DNA of 64,000 nt from an uncultured Acidobacteriota bacterium (GTDB lineage: Bacteria > Acidobacteriota > Thermoanaerobaculia > Gp7-AA8). The translations under genes and the position numbers were made by a program. This document shows, piece after piece, positions 53,106 through 62,967 of the stretch. The notes beneath the pieces are model-generated. The model was not told where the DNA came from, did no database searches, and saw only the letters and a list, made by a program, of their open reading frames with translations. The stretch covers positions 1,184,001 to 1,248,000 of the forward strand of contig CAWGHO010000001.1 of the NCBI GenBank assembly GCA_963822445.1, read 5' to 3'. Every line of letters begins with the position of its first letter. Positions within the stretch are counted from its first letter, which is position 1.

Positions 53106-56015
53106 ATGTCCGCTCCGCTCTCGCGCAGGCTCTATCGCGCGGCTTTGCCGTGGGTGGCGATTGCCGTGCTCATGAGCACGGTCAGTGTCTTCGCCGCGGA
53201 GCGCGGCTTCCCCCTGATCACCGTCTATCCCGCCGAGATGCACAAGGCCGGGCCGCAGACCTTCGACATCGCCCAGGATCCCGAGGGCGTCCTCTATTTC
53301 GGCAACCTGCACGGTCTCGTGATTTACGACGGCGCCTGGTGGCGGCTGCTCGAATTGCCGGACGATCAGGTCGCGCTCTCGCTGGCCACCGACGACAAAG
53401 GCCGCCTGGCCATGGGCCTGGTCAACGACCTCGGATATCTCGCCCGCGACGCCAGCGGCTCCCCCATCTATCGCTCGCTGCTCGAGCAACTTCCCGGCGA
53501 TCAGCGCGAGCTCGGCGACGTCCGCGACGTCTGCACCACGGCGGCCGGCTTTCTGTACGTCGCCGAGCGCAGTCTGATCCTGTGGGACGGCGCGAAAGCA
53601 TCGGTGGCCGCGACGTTCGAAGGCGACTCCGCACCGCGCGGCTGCTCGTCCGAAGGCGGCAACGTTCTCCTCCGCGGACCGAAAGGCATTCATCGTTTCG
53701 ATCCGCGGGCGCGCAAGGTCACGCCGACCGCCGTCACCGATCCCGTGGAGCTGATTCTTCCCCGCGCTGATGGAAAGCTCGTCGCCGTCGTGCGCGACAA
53801 AGGCGTCTTTCTCATCGACGGCGACACGGTCACTCCCTGGTCGCCGGCCGCAACGGCCTGGCTGAAGGGCGACGTCGCCAGCGGCGGCGCACGCCTGCAC
53901 GACGGACGGCTGGTCATCACCTCCCGCCAGCACGGCCTGGCGATCCTCGACGCGAACGGCGAGATCGAACAGATCCTGCGCGACACTGCCGGTTTGCCGG
54001 ACTCGGTCATCACCGAGGCGCTGGTCGACCGGGAGGGGTCGCTGTGGGTGGCCATGGAAGGCCCGATCGTCCGCGTCGACGTCAGCTCGCCGGTCTCGGT
54101 GTTCGATGCGCGCCGCGGCATGAAGGGCGGCGCGATCGACGTGACCCGCTTCAACGGCCGTCTGTACGCCACGACGTCGTACGGACTGCACGCGATCGAC
54201 GCCGACGGCCACGCCCGCGTCATCAAAGGCATCAGAGGAGCGACCTGGCGTCTGCTGCCGTTCGATGACGAGTTGCTCATCGCGAACACCAAAGGCATCT
54301 GGATCATGCGTGCCGACGAGAATCCGAAGCTGATCGTCGAGCGCGATGGCGAGCTCTCCGACTTTTACCGCTCCCGCGTCGATCCGTCGCGGGTCTGGCT
54401 CGCCGAGCGGCACGGCATCTCCGCGCTTCGCCGCACCGCCGCGGGCTGGCAGTACGAGCCGGTGATGAAGGGCATGCCCCAGTACCTGTCGTCCGTGCTC
54501 GAGCACGAGGGTGTGCTCTGGTGCGGCTCGGTATTCAACGGAATCGTCCGCGTGGATGACCCGCGCGGACCCAAGCAGCGCGTGCAGCAGTTCGGCGACG
54601 GGGAAATGAATGTGTTCATCGCCGGCGGCCGGCCGGTGTTCGTCCGCGCGCGCGGCGAGATCGTCGCCATCGGCAACGGCGGCAAGCTCGTCCCCGATCC
54701 CATCCTCGGCCGCATCACCGCCCCGCGCGGATTCTTCGTGCTCGCCGAAGATGCCCGCGGCAATCTGTGGATCAACTCCACACCGCCGCGCGTGATCGAG
54801 CGGACCGCTAACGGGTATGCCGAGGATGGCAAGCCGCTGGTCTCGGTGACGGCGGCGGACATCCAGACGATCCGCGCCCATGCCGACGGCGTGGTCTGGT
54901 TCGCGTCGGACAAAGGCCTTTTCCGCTACGACCCTGCCGCCGCGAAGACTGCCGTGGCCGCGCAACCCGCGCCGATGATCCGCCGCGTCGTGGCCGGTGA
55001 AAACCGCCTGCTCTTCGGCGGCGTCGGAACGGGCGGCGACATCGAGCTTCCCCACAACTTCGGACGCATGCGCCTCGAGTTCGCGCCGGTTTCCTATCGT
55101 CCCGGCGTCGAATACCAGTACCGCCTCGATCCGATCGACGAGGACTGGAGCGAATGGACCGCGCAGCCGTTCATCGACTACACCACCCTCGCCGCGAACA
55201 AATACGTCTTCCGTCTTCGCGCTCGCGGCGCGGGCAACGCGGCGAGCAAGGAAGAGCAGTGGTCGTTCTCCGTGCGCGCGCCCTGGTACAGCACCGGATG
55301 GGCGAAGGCGCTCTGGACGATTCTGGCGATGGCGCTGATCGCGCTGATCACCTGGATGCGCACCGGGACTCTGCGCCGGCAGGCGGAAACGCTTCGCGCG
55401 CGCGTCGCGGAAAAGACGGCGGAGTTGCAGCAGACCGTGAAGCTGCTCGAGCAGGCCAACACGCAGCTCGAGGCGCTTTCGCTCGAGGATGATCTGACCG
55501 GCATCGCCAACCGGCGGTCGTTCGAGCGGGCGCTTTCCGAGGAGTGGAATCGCGCGAAGCGGCACGAGCATTCGCTCGCGCTGATTCTGTTGGATCTCGA
55601 TTACTTCAAAGACCTCAACGATCGCCGCGGACATCCTGCCGGCGACGACTGTCTGCGCCGCGTCGGTGCCTTTCTCGCCGAAACGATCCGCCGCAGCGGC
55701 GAAGTCGTCGCGCGTTACGGCGGCGAGGAGTTCGCGATTCTTCTGCCCGGCGTCGATGCCGAAGGGGCGATTCGCGTCGCTGAGGTATTGCGGGCGGGAA
55801 TCGAGAACCTGGGCGTGCCGTACGGACAAGGCCATCGCCGCGTGACTGCGAGTTGCGGGGTCGCCGCGCTCGTGCCCGTGCAGGAGCTGACCGCGGAGAG
55901 TCTCGTCGCCAGCGCCGATCGTGCGCTGTATGCCGCGAAGCACAGCGGGCGCAATTGCGTCCGCGTCGCCGATGAGACGACCACCGGTACCTGGTTACGT
56001 GATGTGAGTGCATGA
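53106..56015 (+). CDS. Diguanylate cyclase with extracellular beta-propeller and Y_Y_Y sensor
   Basis: Signal peptide, propeller, YQYRL...WS.W, TM helix, D.LTGIANRR, DLDYFK..ND..GH..GD and RYGGEEF. Confidence 0.92.
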   Translation: MSAPLSRRLYRAALPWVAIAVLMSTVSVFAAERGFPLITVYPAEMHKAGPQTFDIAQDPEGVLYFGNLHGLVIYDGAWWRLLELPDDQVALSLATDDKGRLAMGLVNDLGYLARDASGSPIYRSLLEQLPGDQRELGDVRDVCTTAAGFLYVAERSLILWDGAKASVAATFEGDSAPRGCSSEGGNVLLRGPKGIHRFDPRARKVTPTAVTDPVELILPRADGKLVAVVRDKGVFLIDGDTVTPWSPAATAWLKGDVASGGARLHDGRLVITSRQHGLAILDANGEIEQILRDTAGLPDSVITEALVDREGSLWVAMEGPIVRVDVSSPVSVFDARRGMKGGAIDVTRFNGRLYATTSYGLHAIDADGHARVIKGIRGATWRLLPFDDELLIANTKGIWIMRADENPKLIVERDGELSDFYRSRVDPSRVWLAERHGISALRRTAAGWQYEPVMKGMPQYLSSVLEHEGVLWCGSVFNGIVRVDDPRGPKQRVQQFGDGEMNVFIAGGRPVFVRARGEIVAIGNGGKLVPDPILGRITAPRGFFVLAEDARGNLWINSTPPRVIERTANGYAEDGKPLVSVTAADIQTIRAHADGVVWFASDKGLFRYDPAAAKTAVAAQPAPMIRRVVAGENRLLFGGVGTGGDIELPHNFGRMRLEFAPVSYRPGVEYQYRLDPIDEDWSEWTAQPFIDYTTLAANKYVFRLRARGAGNAASKEEQWSFSVRAPWYSTGWAKALWTILAMALIALITWMRTGTLRRQAETLRARVAEKTAELQQTVKLLEQANTQLEALSLEDDLTGIANRRSFERALSEEWNRAKRHEHSLALILLDLDYFKDLNDRRGHPAGDDCLRRVGAFLAETIRRSGEVVARYGGEEFAILLPGVDAEGAIRVAEVLRAGIENLGVPYGQGHRRVTASCGVAALVPVQELTAESLVASADRALYAAKHSGRNCVRVADETTTGTWLRDVSA

Positions 56016-58792
56016 ACGCGAAGACCACTCCCCGTCCGCCGACCACGATGTCCGAGCAGGCCGCGGCGCTGCACGCGAGCCGCGAGGCTTACCGCGTTCT
56101 TTTCACCCACGCGCCGATCGGCCTCTATCGTACGGACAGAGCGGGTGAAGTCATCCTCGCGAATCCCGCGCTGCTGCGGATGCTCGGTTACGAGTCGTTC
56201 GAACAGCTCGCCGCGGCCGACGTGGCCCGCGACGGCTTGCGCGCGGACCGCGATCGCAAGACGTTTCGCGATCTCCTGGCCCGCGGCGGCGTGAAGGACC
56301 TCGAATCGCACTGGTGGACCAACGACGGCGACACGGTCCTCCTCTGCGAGACCGCCAATCCCGTGCTCGGCGAGAAGGGCGAAGTGCTCTGCTACGAAGG
56401 CATCGTCAGCGACGTCAGCGAGCGCAACGCCCTGCGCGAGAACCGCGAGCGTTACGAGCACATCATCGAGAACGCGAACGACATCATCTACCGCGCCGAC
56501 TATCGCGGCCGTTTCACGTACGTGAATCCCGCCGCGGAGCGCATCACCGGCTTCGACGAGAACGAGCTGATCGGGCGGCACTTCCTCGACCTGATCGACA
56601 TCGAGTACCGCGACGTCGCCGACTACTTCTACCGCAGCCAGTTCAACTCCCGCGAGCTGAGCACCTACTTCGAGTTTCCGATGATCACCAAATCGGGGAC
56701 GCGGATCTGGATCGGACAGAACGTTCTCACTCTGCTCGACGGCGACCGCGTAACCGGCTTCGAGGCCGTGGCCCGCGACATCACCGCCGGCAAGCATATG
56801 GAACAGGAGCTGTCCCAGGCGCGGGACGCGGCCATCGAGTCGGCGCGCGCCAAGACGGAGTTCCTGGCGAACGTCAGCCACGAGATCCGCACGCCCCTCA
56901 ACGGCGTCCTGGGCATGACCAACCTCCTCCTGGGCACCTCGATCACGCCCGAGCAGCGCGAATATGCCGAGGCCATTCGCTCGAGCGGACAGTCCCTGCT
57001 TTCGGTCGTCAACGACGTGCTCGATCTCGCACGCGTCGAGTCCGGCAAGCTGACCATCGAAAACCTCGACTTCGATCTCGACGATCTGATCGAGACCGTG
57101 ACCGACGTCTTCGCCGCGCGCGCCGCGGCGAAGCGATTGAAGTTCCGCACGCACATCGCCTCCGACGTTCCGCGATTCCTGCGCGGCGATTCGTATCGCA
57201 TCAATCAGGTCCTTCTGAATCTGGTCGGCAACGCGATCAAGTTCACCGATCGCGGCGAGGTCGTGCTGACGGTCATGCAGGCCGGACGAAAGGATTCCTT
57301 CGCCAGCCTCCGGTTCCTCGTCACGGACACCGGCATCGGGATCGACGCGAATGCGCAGCGGCGGATCTTCACGCCGTTCACCCAGGCCGACGGCACGACG
57401 TCACGCAAGTACGGCGGAAGCGGACTGGGACTCGCGGTCGCGAAACAGCTCACCGAGGCGATGAACGGCGAGATCGGGGTGATGAGCGTGGCCGGCGAAG
57501 GATCGACCTTCTGGTTCGAGCTGCCGCTCATCATGCAGGACACGCCCGGCGAGCGCGCCGCGGCGCGATGGGACCTTCACGACAAACGGGCCCTGCTCGT
57601 CGACGGCAACGACGCGCAGCGGCTCATGGTGGCGCGGCATCTCAGCCCGACGGCGATCACCATCGACGAGGCCATGAGCGCCGGCGACGCGATCGCCGCC
57701 GCGTATCGCCGCAGGTACGACGTGATCATCTTCGACATGCAGTTGCCGGATGACGACGGCATGTCGCTAGCCCGCTCGATCCGCGCCGATCCCGCGCTGG
57801 CAACCACGCGGCTCGTGCTGTTGACCTCGTTCGGCCGCCGCCGCGCGGACGTCATCGCCTTCGAGACCGCCGGCATCGATCGGTTTCTCATGAAGCCCAT
57901 CCGCCGCACGCAATTGTGTGAGACCGTTGCGCGCTTGATCGCCGGAGACGACCAGACCCCGCAAATCCGACACACGACCGTCGAGAGCGCGCCGCCGAAA
58001 TCAGCGCGCGTGCTTCTCGTCGAAGACAACAGCGTCAACCAGCTCGTGGCCCTGGGCCAGCTCCGCAAGCTCGGACACGAATGCGTCATCGCAGCGAGCG
58101 GCGCCGAAGCGCTGGCCGCCCTCCCCGACGGCCATTTCGACGTCGTGCTCATGGACTGCTCGATGCCGGACATGGACGGCTACGAGACCACGCGCCGCAT
58201 GCGTCAGCTCGATTCGGTCGTGCGCGCCGTTCCCATCATCGCCATCACCGCCCACGCCCTCCCCGGCGAGCGCGAGAAGTGTCTCGCTTCGGGCATGAAC
58301 GACTATCTGGCCAAGCCGGTTTCGACCGAACAGCTCGGCGCGATGATCAAGCTCTGGACAAGCAAGGATTCTGCAGCGACAGTCGAAACGCCGGACCTGG
58401 TGATGGAAGAGGATGATCACTTCGTGCTCGATCGCGAACGGGTGAGCTCGTTCATGACCATCGGCCGCACGCAGGAGGGGTTCCTCGAAGGTCTCGTGCG
58501 GACGTTCAAGCAGGACGTGCCGTCCCGTCTCGATGCATTGCGCGCCGCGGCCGCGACGGCAGACACGCACGACCTCGCGCTCGCCGCGCACGCGCTGAAG
58601 AGCTCGTGCGGAACTGTAGGCGCGCGGCGGATGTACGCGGTGGCAGCGACTTTGGAACAGAAAGTTCGGGCCGGAAGGCTCGAAGGCGTGAACGCATCGA
58701 TCGAGCAACTGGCCGCCGAATTTCCGCGCGTGCTCGAGGCGTATACCGGCATTATCCGACGCAGCGGCCAGCATCGCGCTGCGGGCTATTGA
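56012..58792 (+). CDS. Hybrid histidine kinase PAS-PAS-HisKA-HATPase-REC-REC-Hpt
   Basis: SHEIRTPLNG, NLVGNAIKFT, FDMQLP, LMDCSMP and AHALKSS Hpt. Confidence 0.93.
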   Translation: MNAKTTPRPPTTMSEQAAALHASREAYRVLFTHAPIGLYRTDRAGEVILANPALLRMLGYESFEQLAAADVARDGLRADRDRKTFRDLLARGGVKDLESHWWTNDGDTVLLCETANPVLGEKGEVLCYEGIVSDVSERNALRENRERYEHIIENANDIIYRADYRGRFTYVNPAAERITGFDENELIGRHFLDLIDIEYRDVADYFYRSQFNSRELSTYFEFPMITKSGTRIWIGQNVLTLLDGDRVTGFEAVARDITAGKHMEQELSQARDAAIESARAKTEFLANVSHEIRTPLNGVLGMTNLLLGTSITPEQREYAEAIRSSGQSLLSVVNDVLDLARVESGKLTIENLDFDLDDLIETVTDVFAARAAAKRLKFRTHIASDVPRFLRGDSYRINQVLLNLVGNAIKFTDRGEVVLTVMQAGRKDSFASLRFLVTDTGIGIDANAQRRIFTPFTQADGTTSRKYGGSGLGLAVAKQLTEAMNGEIGVMSVAGEGSTFWFELPLIMQDTPGERAAARWDLHDKRALLVDGNDAQRLMVARHLSPTAITIDEAMSAGDAIAAAYRRRYDVIIFDMQLPDDDGMSLARSIRADPALATTRLVLLTSFGRRRADVIAFETAGIDRFLMKPIRRTQLCETVARLIAGDDQTPQIRHTTVESAPPKSARVLLVEDNSVNQLVALGQLRKLGHECVIAASGAEALAALPDGHFDVVLMDCSMPDMDGYETTRRMRQLDSVVRAVPIIAITAHALPGEREKCLASGMNDYLAKPVSTEQLGAMIKLWTSKDSAATVETPDLVMEEDDHFVLDRERVSSFMTIGRTQEGFLEGLVRTFKQDVPSRLDALRAAAATADTHDLALAAHALKSSCGTVGARRMYAVAATLEQKVRAGRLEGVNASIEQLAAEFPRVLEAYTGIIRRSGQHRAAGY

Positions 58793-58812
58793 GTTACCCT
58801 GACCGGCCATTT

Positions 58813-60174
58813 ATGGAACAGCTAGGCATCTACAAATTGATCAGCCGCCTCGGCGCCGGAGGCATGGGCGAGGTGTGGCGCGCGGAAGACACGCGGCTGC
58901 TGCGGCAGGTTGCGGTGAAGATCCTTCCCGATGCGCTGGCGGCCGATCCGGAGTGGAAAGAACGGTTCATGCGCGAGGCCCGGACCATCGCGCAGCTCAA
59001 CCACCCGAACATCGCCACGATCTACAGCATCGAGGAGTACGGCGACACGCTCTTCATCGCCATGGAGCTGGTCGAGGGCGAGCCGCTTTCGAACCTGATC
59101 GCGAATGGGCCGTTGATCCCCGCGGACGCGGTGCGGGTGGCCACCCACGTTTCCGACGCGCTTTCCGAGGCGCATCACAAAGGCATCGTTCACCGCGACA
59201 TCAAGCCGGACAACATCCTGGTCTCGACCCGTTTCATCAAGGTCCTCGACTTCGGCATCGCCAAGCACATCGGAGGGACTTCGGACGCGAATCTGACCCA
59301 AGGCGGGATGGTGGTCGGCACGCCGCACTACATGGCCCCCGAGCAGGCCCTCGGCCGCGCCGTCGACACCCGCACGGACATCTTCTCCCTCGGCGTCGTG
59401 CTGTACGAGATGCTGTCCGGTCAGAAGCCCTTCACCGGCGACGCCGTCACCGCGATCCTGCTGCAGATCGTGATGACCGAGCCGACGGACATCGCCATCG
59501 CCGCTGCGGGGATCAGCCCCGCGCTGGCGAGCATCGTCCGCCGCTGCATGAGCAAGCAGCCGGACAATCGCTTCCAGGATTGCGACGAGCTGCGCAAGGC
59601 GCTCACGAGTGCGCTGCGCGATGAGCGTGGGTCGGCGCGGCAGTCCCAGGTGCCGACGATCTCCGTTCCCAAGGCCGTGAAGCCGGACGCTGCACCGACG
59701 ATCGCTCAGGTTCCGCCGGCGGTGGTGCGCAAGGCGACCGAGCCCGGGCGCACGCCGCAGCCGGAGCCGATTCGCCCGATGGCGACGGCGCCGAAACCAC
59801 CATCCGCCGCGAATGCGTCAGGCAAGCGTGCGCTGGTCGCGGATGACGATCCGGCGACGCGCTATCTCCTGAACAGCGTGCTGGCGCGGTACGAGATCGC
59901 CGTCGACGAGGCCGAGAACGGCGCGGACGCGGTGAAGTACCTCAAGCAGAACGAGTACACGCTGGTGTTCCTCGATCTGCTCATGCCGCGCGTCGATGGC
60001 TGGGGTGTGATCGACTTCCTGCGCTCCCGTCGCGGCGGCCGTGCGCCGCAGCTGTACGTCGTGACCGGTGTGCACAATCAGAAGCTGAGCGCCGCCGATC
60101 AGGATGTGGTGTCGGGGCTGTTGTACAAGCCGATCGATCTCACTCAGGTGGAGCGTCTGGTTCAGGCGGTTTAG
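58813..60174 (+). CDS. Hanks-type Ser/Thr kinase with C-terminal receiver domain
   Basis: LGAGGMGEV, HRDIKPDN, DFGIAK, GTPHYMAPE; Pro-rich linker; ALVADDD...FLDLLMP..DG...KP receiver. Confidence 0.9.
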   Translation: MEQLGIYKLISRLGAGGMGEVWRAEDTRLLRQVAVKILPDALAADPEWKERFMREARTIAQLNHPNIATIYSIEEYGDTLFIAMELVEGEPLSNLIANGPLIPADAVRVATHVSDALSEAHHKGIVHRDIKPDNILVSTRFIKVLDFGIAKHIGGTSDANLTQGGMVVGTPHYMAPEQALGRAVDTRTDIFSLGVVLYEMLSGQKPFTGDAVTAILLQIVMTEPTDIAIAAAGISPALASIVRRCMSKQPDNRFQDCDELRKALTSALRDERGSARQSQVPTISVPKAVKPDAAPTIAQVPPAVVRKATEPGRTPQPEPIRPMATAPKPPSAANASGKRALVADDDPATRYLLNSVLARYEIAVDEAENGADAVKYLKQNEYTLVFLDLLMPRVDGWGVIDFLRSRRGGRAPQLYVVTGVHNQKLSAADQDVVSGLLYKPIDLTQVERLVQAV

Positions 60175-60466
60175 GTTCCTTCGCCTTCTCTCTGACCGCC
60201 TTGAATGCCGCCTCGATCTCGTGCCACGCGCGCTCGAAACCGGTTCTGATCTCCGCCGCGACCGGCGCGCCGTTTTTCTGCAGCCCGACGACGATGTCCT
60301 TGGCCCGCACGAGCGTGTGCCGCAACGTGCCGGTGATCTCGGAAAGATCGCCGCGCGCCGACTCGAGCGATTCCTTCGCACGCTCCTCGAACCTGTCGAC
60401 GTCGATCCCCCAGTCGCGAAGGGAGTCGGTGACTGATTTCTTGTCTTTGTCTTCCTGGTCGGACAT
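60140..60466 (-). CDS. Small hypothetical helical protein
   Basis: MSDQEDKDKK...; TACCCT box 7 nt before ATG; amphipathic composition. Confidence 0.6.
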   Translation of the reverse strand: MSDQEDKDKKSVTDSLRDWGIDVDRFEERAKESLESARGDLSEITGTLRHTLVRAKDIVVGLQKNGAPVAAEIRTGFERAWHEIEAAFKAVREKAKEPKPPEPDAPPE

Positions 60467-60501
60467 GCGAGTTAGGGTATCAGAGGCCACGAACTGCAGC
60501 G

Positions 60502-61653
60502 CTAGAGCACGTCTTCCACTTTGTAGTAGAGGTAGTAGTCGGCGCCGTCGCTGCAGAACCGGACACGACTCTCGCTCGTGGCCACGACCGGAATCGTGCG
60601 CTCGCCGAGCTTGTCGTGCTGATCCGGAAAGTGCCCGAGATCCTCATCCCACAACGTCACGATGAGCGGCATGGTGAATGGCATGAGCTCCCAATTGATC
60701 TGCCAGACATCGCCGTCGTTCATGTCCTTCCTGTTCGGCACCATGATGTTGGGCCCGCCGGCAACGACCTTGACGTCGAGACGGCACTCGTCATCGCCGA
60801 GCCAGTCCTCGGTCGCGCAGCACACCAGACGCAACAACGTCACCTTGAACACGCGCGGCCTGTCGGTGAGCACCAGGATCGGATCCGCCGTTGGCGCACA
60901 TGCCGACTTGGTTCCGTCGCGCAAGACACGCACGCGATACGGACCTGCGAACGGCGCCGTCGCGGGCAGCGCAACCACAACCTCGGCCTCACCCCAACTG
61001 CTGACAGTCAGGTTCTCTGTCTGGTTTCCCTGGCCAGTGAGCGTGACGGTGCCGGTGGCGCTGCCAAACCCGTTTGGCGAGAGGACGGTCCGAAGGGCGA
61101 TGTCATCACCCCAGAATGCGACGGTGGGCGTCACCGTGAAGAGCGGACAACTTGGGTTGGTGACGTCGAAGATCGAGATCGCGCGCGGCGGGCAGGTCTC
61201 GTTCGGCGCCTGGATCCAGTACGGCGGGCCGCCTGCGAGCGGAGCGGCCGGCAGCGTGATGCGGACGCTGGTCAGCGTCCACGACGTCACCGTTGCCTCG
61301 ACCCTTGTCACCGGCGCCATCGCATTCGGGCCGGCCAGCAGCCAGACACTGCCAGGCAGCCCGAAATTCGGCAAGCCGACGACGTCGAGCGTCACGGCGT
61401 CACCCCAGTGCGGGGCCAGCGGACTGACCGTGTAAATCGGGCAGAGCTCACCGCCGAGCTCCAGCAAATCCATCACGCCGGCGAACGCATCTCGATGCCG
61501 GCGCCAGTTCGGAATCACCGTGGCGAGCGTCTTGAGATCTCGATTCGCCCGCTCCAACGCTTTCGACTGCTTCGACTTCGACTGCTTCGACCGCTTCGGC
61601 GCTGACTTTTTGGATGGTTTCCTGGTGGCTTTCATTTCTGGCCCGCCCTTCAT
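60502..61653 (-). CDS. Hypothetical protein with two IPT/TIG-like repeats and an acidic C-terminal beta domain
   Basis: CP.(Y/F)TV.P....WGD...L...(N)FG...G.V.L...V.SW....V...LP twice; C-terminal TEDWLGDDE...LWDED...DKLG. Start may be 61635. Confidence 0.65.
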   Translation of the reverse strand: MKGGPEMKATRKPSKKSAPKRSKQSKSKQSKALERANRDLKTLATVIPNWRRHRDAFAGVMDLLELGGELCPIYTVSPLAPHWGDAVTLDVVGLPNFGLPGSVWLLAGPNAMAPVTRVEATVTSWTLTSVRITLPAAPLAGGPPYWIQAPNETCPPRAISIFDVTNPSCPLFTVTPTVAFWGDDIALRTVLSPNGFGSATGTVTLTGQGNQTENLTVSSWGEAEVVVALPATAPFAGPYRVRVLRDGTKSACAPTADPILVLTDRPRVFKVTLLRLVCCATEDWLGDDECRLDVKVVAGGPNIMVPNRKDMNDGDVWQINWELMPFTMPLIVTLWDEDLGHFPDQHDKLGERTIPVVATSESRVRFCSDGADYYLYYKVEDVL

Positions 61654-61763
61654 TTAAAGGAGTGCCTCGAACGGCTTTTTCCACACCCATCCGGAGATCA
61701 GTCCAAGCGTCTCGACCGAAAGAGGCCGCGCTTGAAGTAGGCTTTTGAACACAGGAGAACGCC

Positions 61764-62255
61764 ATGAACATCACTGAGGTATTGCTCGCCCAACTGGAAC
61801 GGGAGATTGGCGCAACGCGCAAGGGCCTGGAGCGCGTGCCGGAGGGGAAGCCTGATTGGAAACCGCATCCGAAATCGATGCCGCTGGGGTACCTCTCGGC
61901 GCTCATCGCAACCATGTTCGGGTGGATCGAGATGATGGTCCAGAGCGACTACCTCGATCTCGCCAGCGGGAGCAGACCATCGGCAAACACGGGTCCCGAG
62001 CGTCTGGCCCTCTTCGACAAATCTGTCGAGCAGGCGCGCCGCGCGCTGACGAACACCACGGACGATCACCTCATGAAGCCATGGCAACTCCGGGTCGGAG
62101 GGAAGGTCGTGGACGAGAAGCCACGGCACGTCATGATCGCCGATACGTTCTCGCACCTGGCCCATCACCGCGGACAGCTGACGGTTTATCTCCGGCTCAA
62201 CGAGCAGAAGGTTCCTTCGATCTACGGACCGACGGCGGATGAGGGGTGGCAGTAG
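61764..62255 (+). CDS. DinB/DUF664-family protein
   Basis: WKPHPKSM.LG.L and H.AHHRGQLTVYLRL....VPSIYGP; AGGAG RBS. Confidence 0.88.
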   Translation: MNITEVLLAQLEREIGATRKGLERVPEGKPDWKPHPKSMPLGYLSALIATMFGWIEMMVQSDYLDLASGSRPSANTGPERLALFDKSVEQARRALTNTTDDHLMKPWQLRVGGKVVDEKPRHVMIADTFSHLAHHRGQLTVYLRLNEQKVPSIYGPTADEGWQ

Positions 62256-62277
62256 ACGTGCCTGACGCGACCCACTT

Positions 62278-62967
62278 TCACGGTTTGACGCAGACCCGTC
62301 CCGTGTAATCGATCCGGTGCAGCAACGGCCGCGGGCGCAGCCGGTCCAGATACTCGTCCGTCGCTTTCCGCGCCCCACGCCAGTAACCGTAATCGTCGAC
62401 GATCAGCACGCCGCCGCGAACGAGGTGCGGGTAGAGATGCTCGAGCTCGTGCCGCGTCGAGGCGTACCAGTCCGTGTCGAGGCGAAGCAGCGCGAGCGCG
62501 TCGGGCGCGGATTCCGGCAACGTCGTCATGACGTCCCCTTCCACGAAGCGGAAGCGCTCGAAGGGATAGCCGGTCCGGCGGAGATTCGCCGCCACCGCGG
62601 CCCGCGACGCAATGCCCCAGAACGGATCGTCAGCACTGCGCGGGTGCTGCTCCAGAATTTCGGCAGCGGTGCGTCCGCTCATCTCCTGCACGTCCTCGGC
62701 GGTCGGCGCGGTCATGCCGCCGAAGGTGTCGTAGAGCCAGAGATTGCGCGTCGTATCGCCGTGGCGCAGCAGCGTCAGCGCCATCAGCATCAGCGATCCG
62801 CCGCGCCACACACCGCATTCGGCGAAATCGCCCGCGAGCCCGTTCTCCGCGACATAGCGCGTCGCCGACCAGAGCGCGTACATCCGCTCCAGCGAGGTCA
62901 TGGTGTGCTCGCGGCAGAGCTCGTAAAGCTCGAGGAACTCCGGCTCGAGATCGAACTGGTGGCTCAC
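62278..62967 (-). CDS. TylF/MycF/NovP-family O-methyltransferase
   Basis: GDFAECGVWRGGS, LYDTF.G, LLRLDTDWY.ST and GGVLIVDDYG.W.GA.KA.DEY; GTG start overlaps the upstream stop. Confidence 0.9.
   Translation of the reverse strand: MSHQFDLEPEFLELYELCREHTMTSLERMYALWSATRYVAENGLAGDFAECGVWRGGSLMLMALTLLRHGDTTRNLWLYDTFGGMTAPTAEDVQEMSGRTAAEILEQHPRSADDPFWGIASRAAVAANLRRTGYPFERFRFVEGDVMTTLPESAPDALALLRLDTDWYASTRHELEHLYPHLVRGGVLIVDDYGYWRGARKATDEYLDRLRPRPLLHRIDYTGRVCVKP

Noticed and set aside
52317-56015. Apparent 1232-aa molybdoenzyme-diguanylate cyclase fusion
   Set aside because: Produced by a frameshift near 52750. The oxidoreductase C-terminus continues in another frame to 53046, and the cyclase has its own start and signal peptide at 53106.
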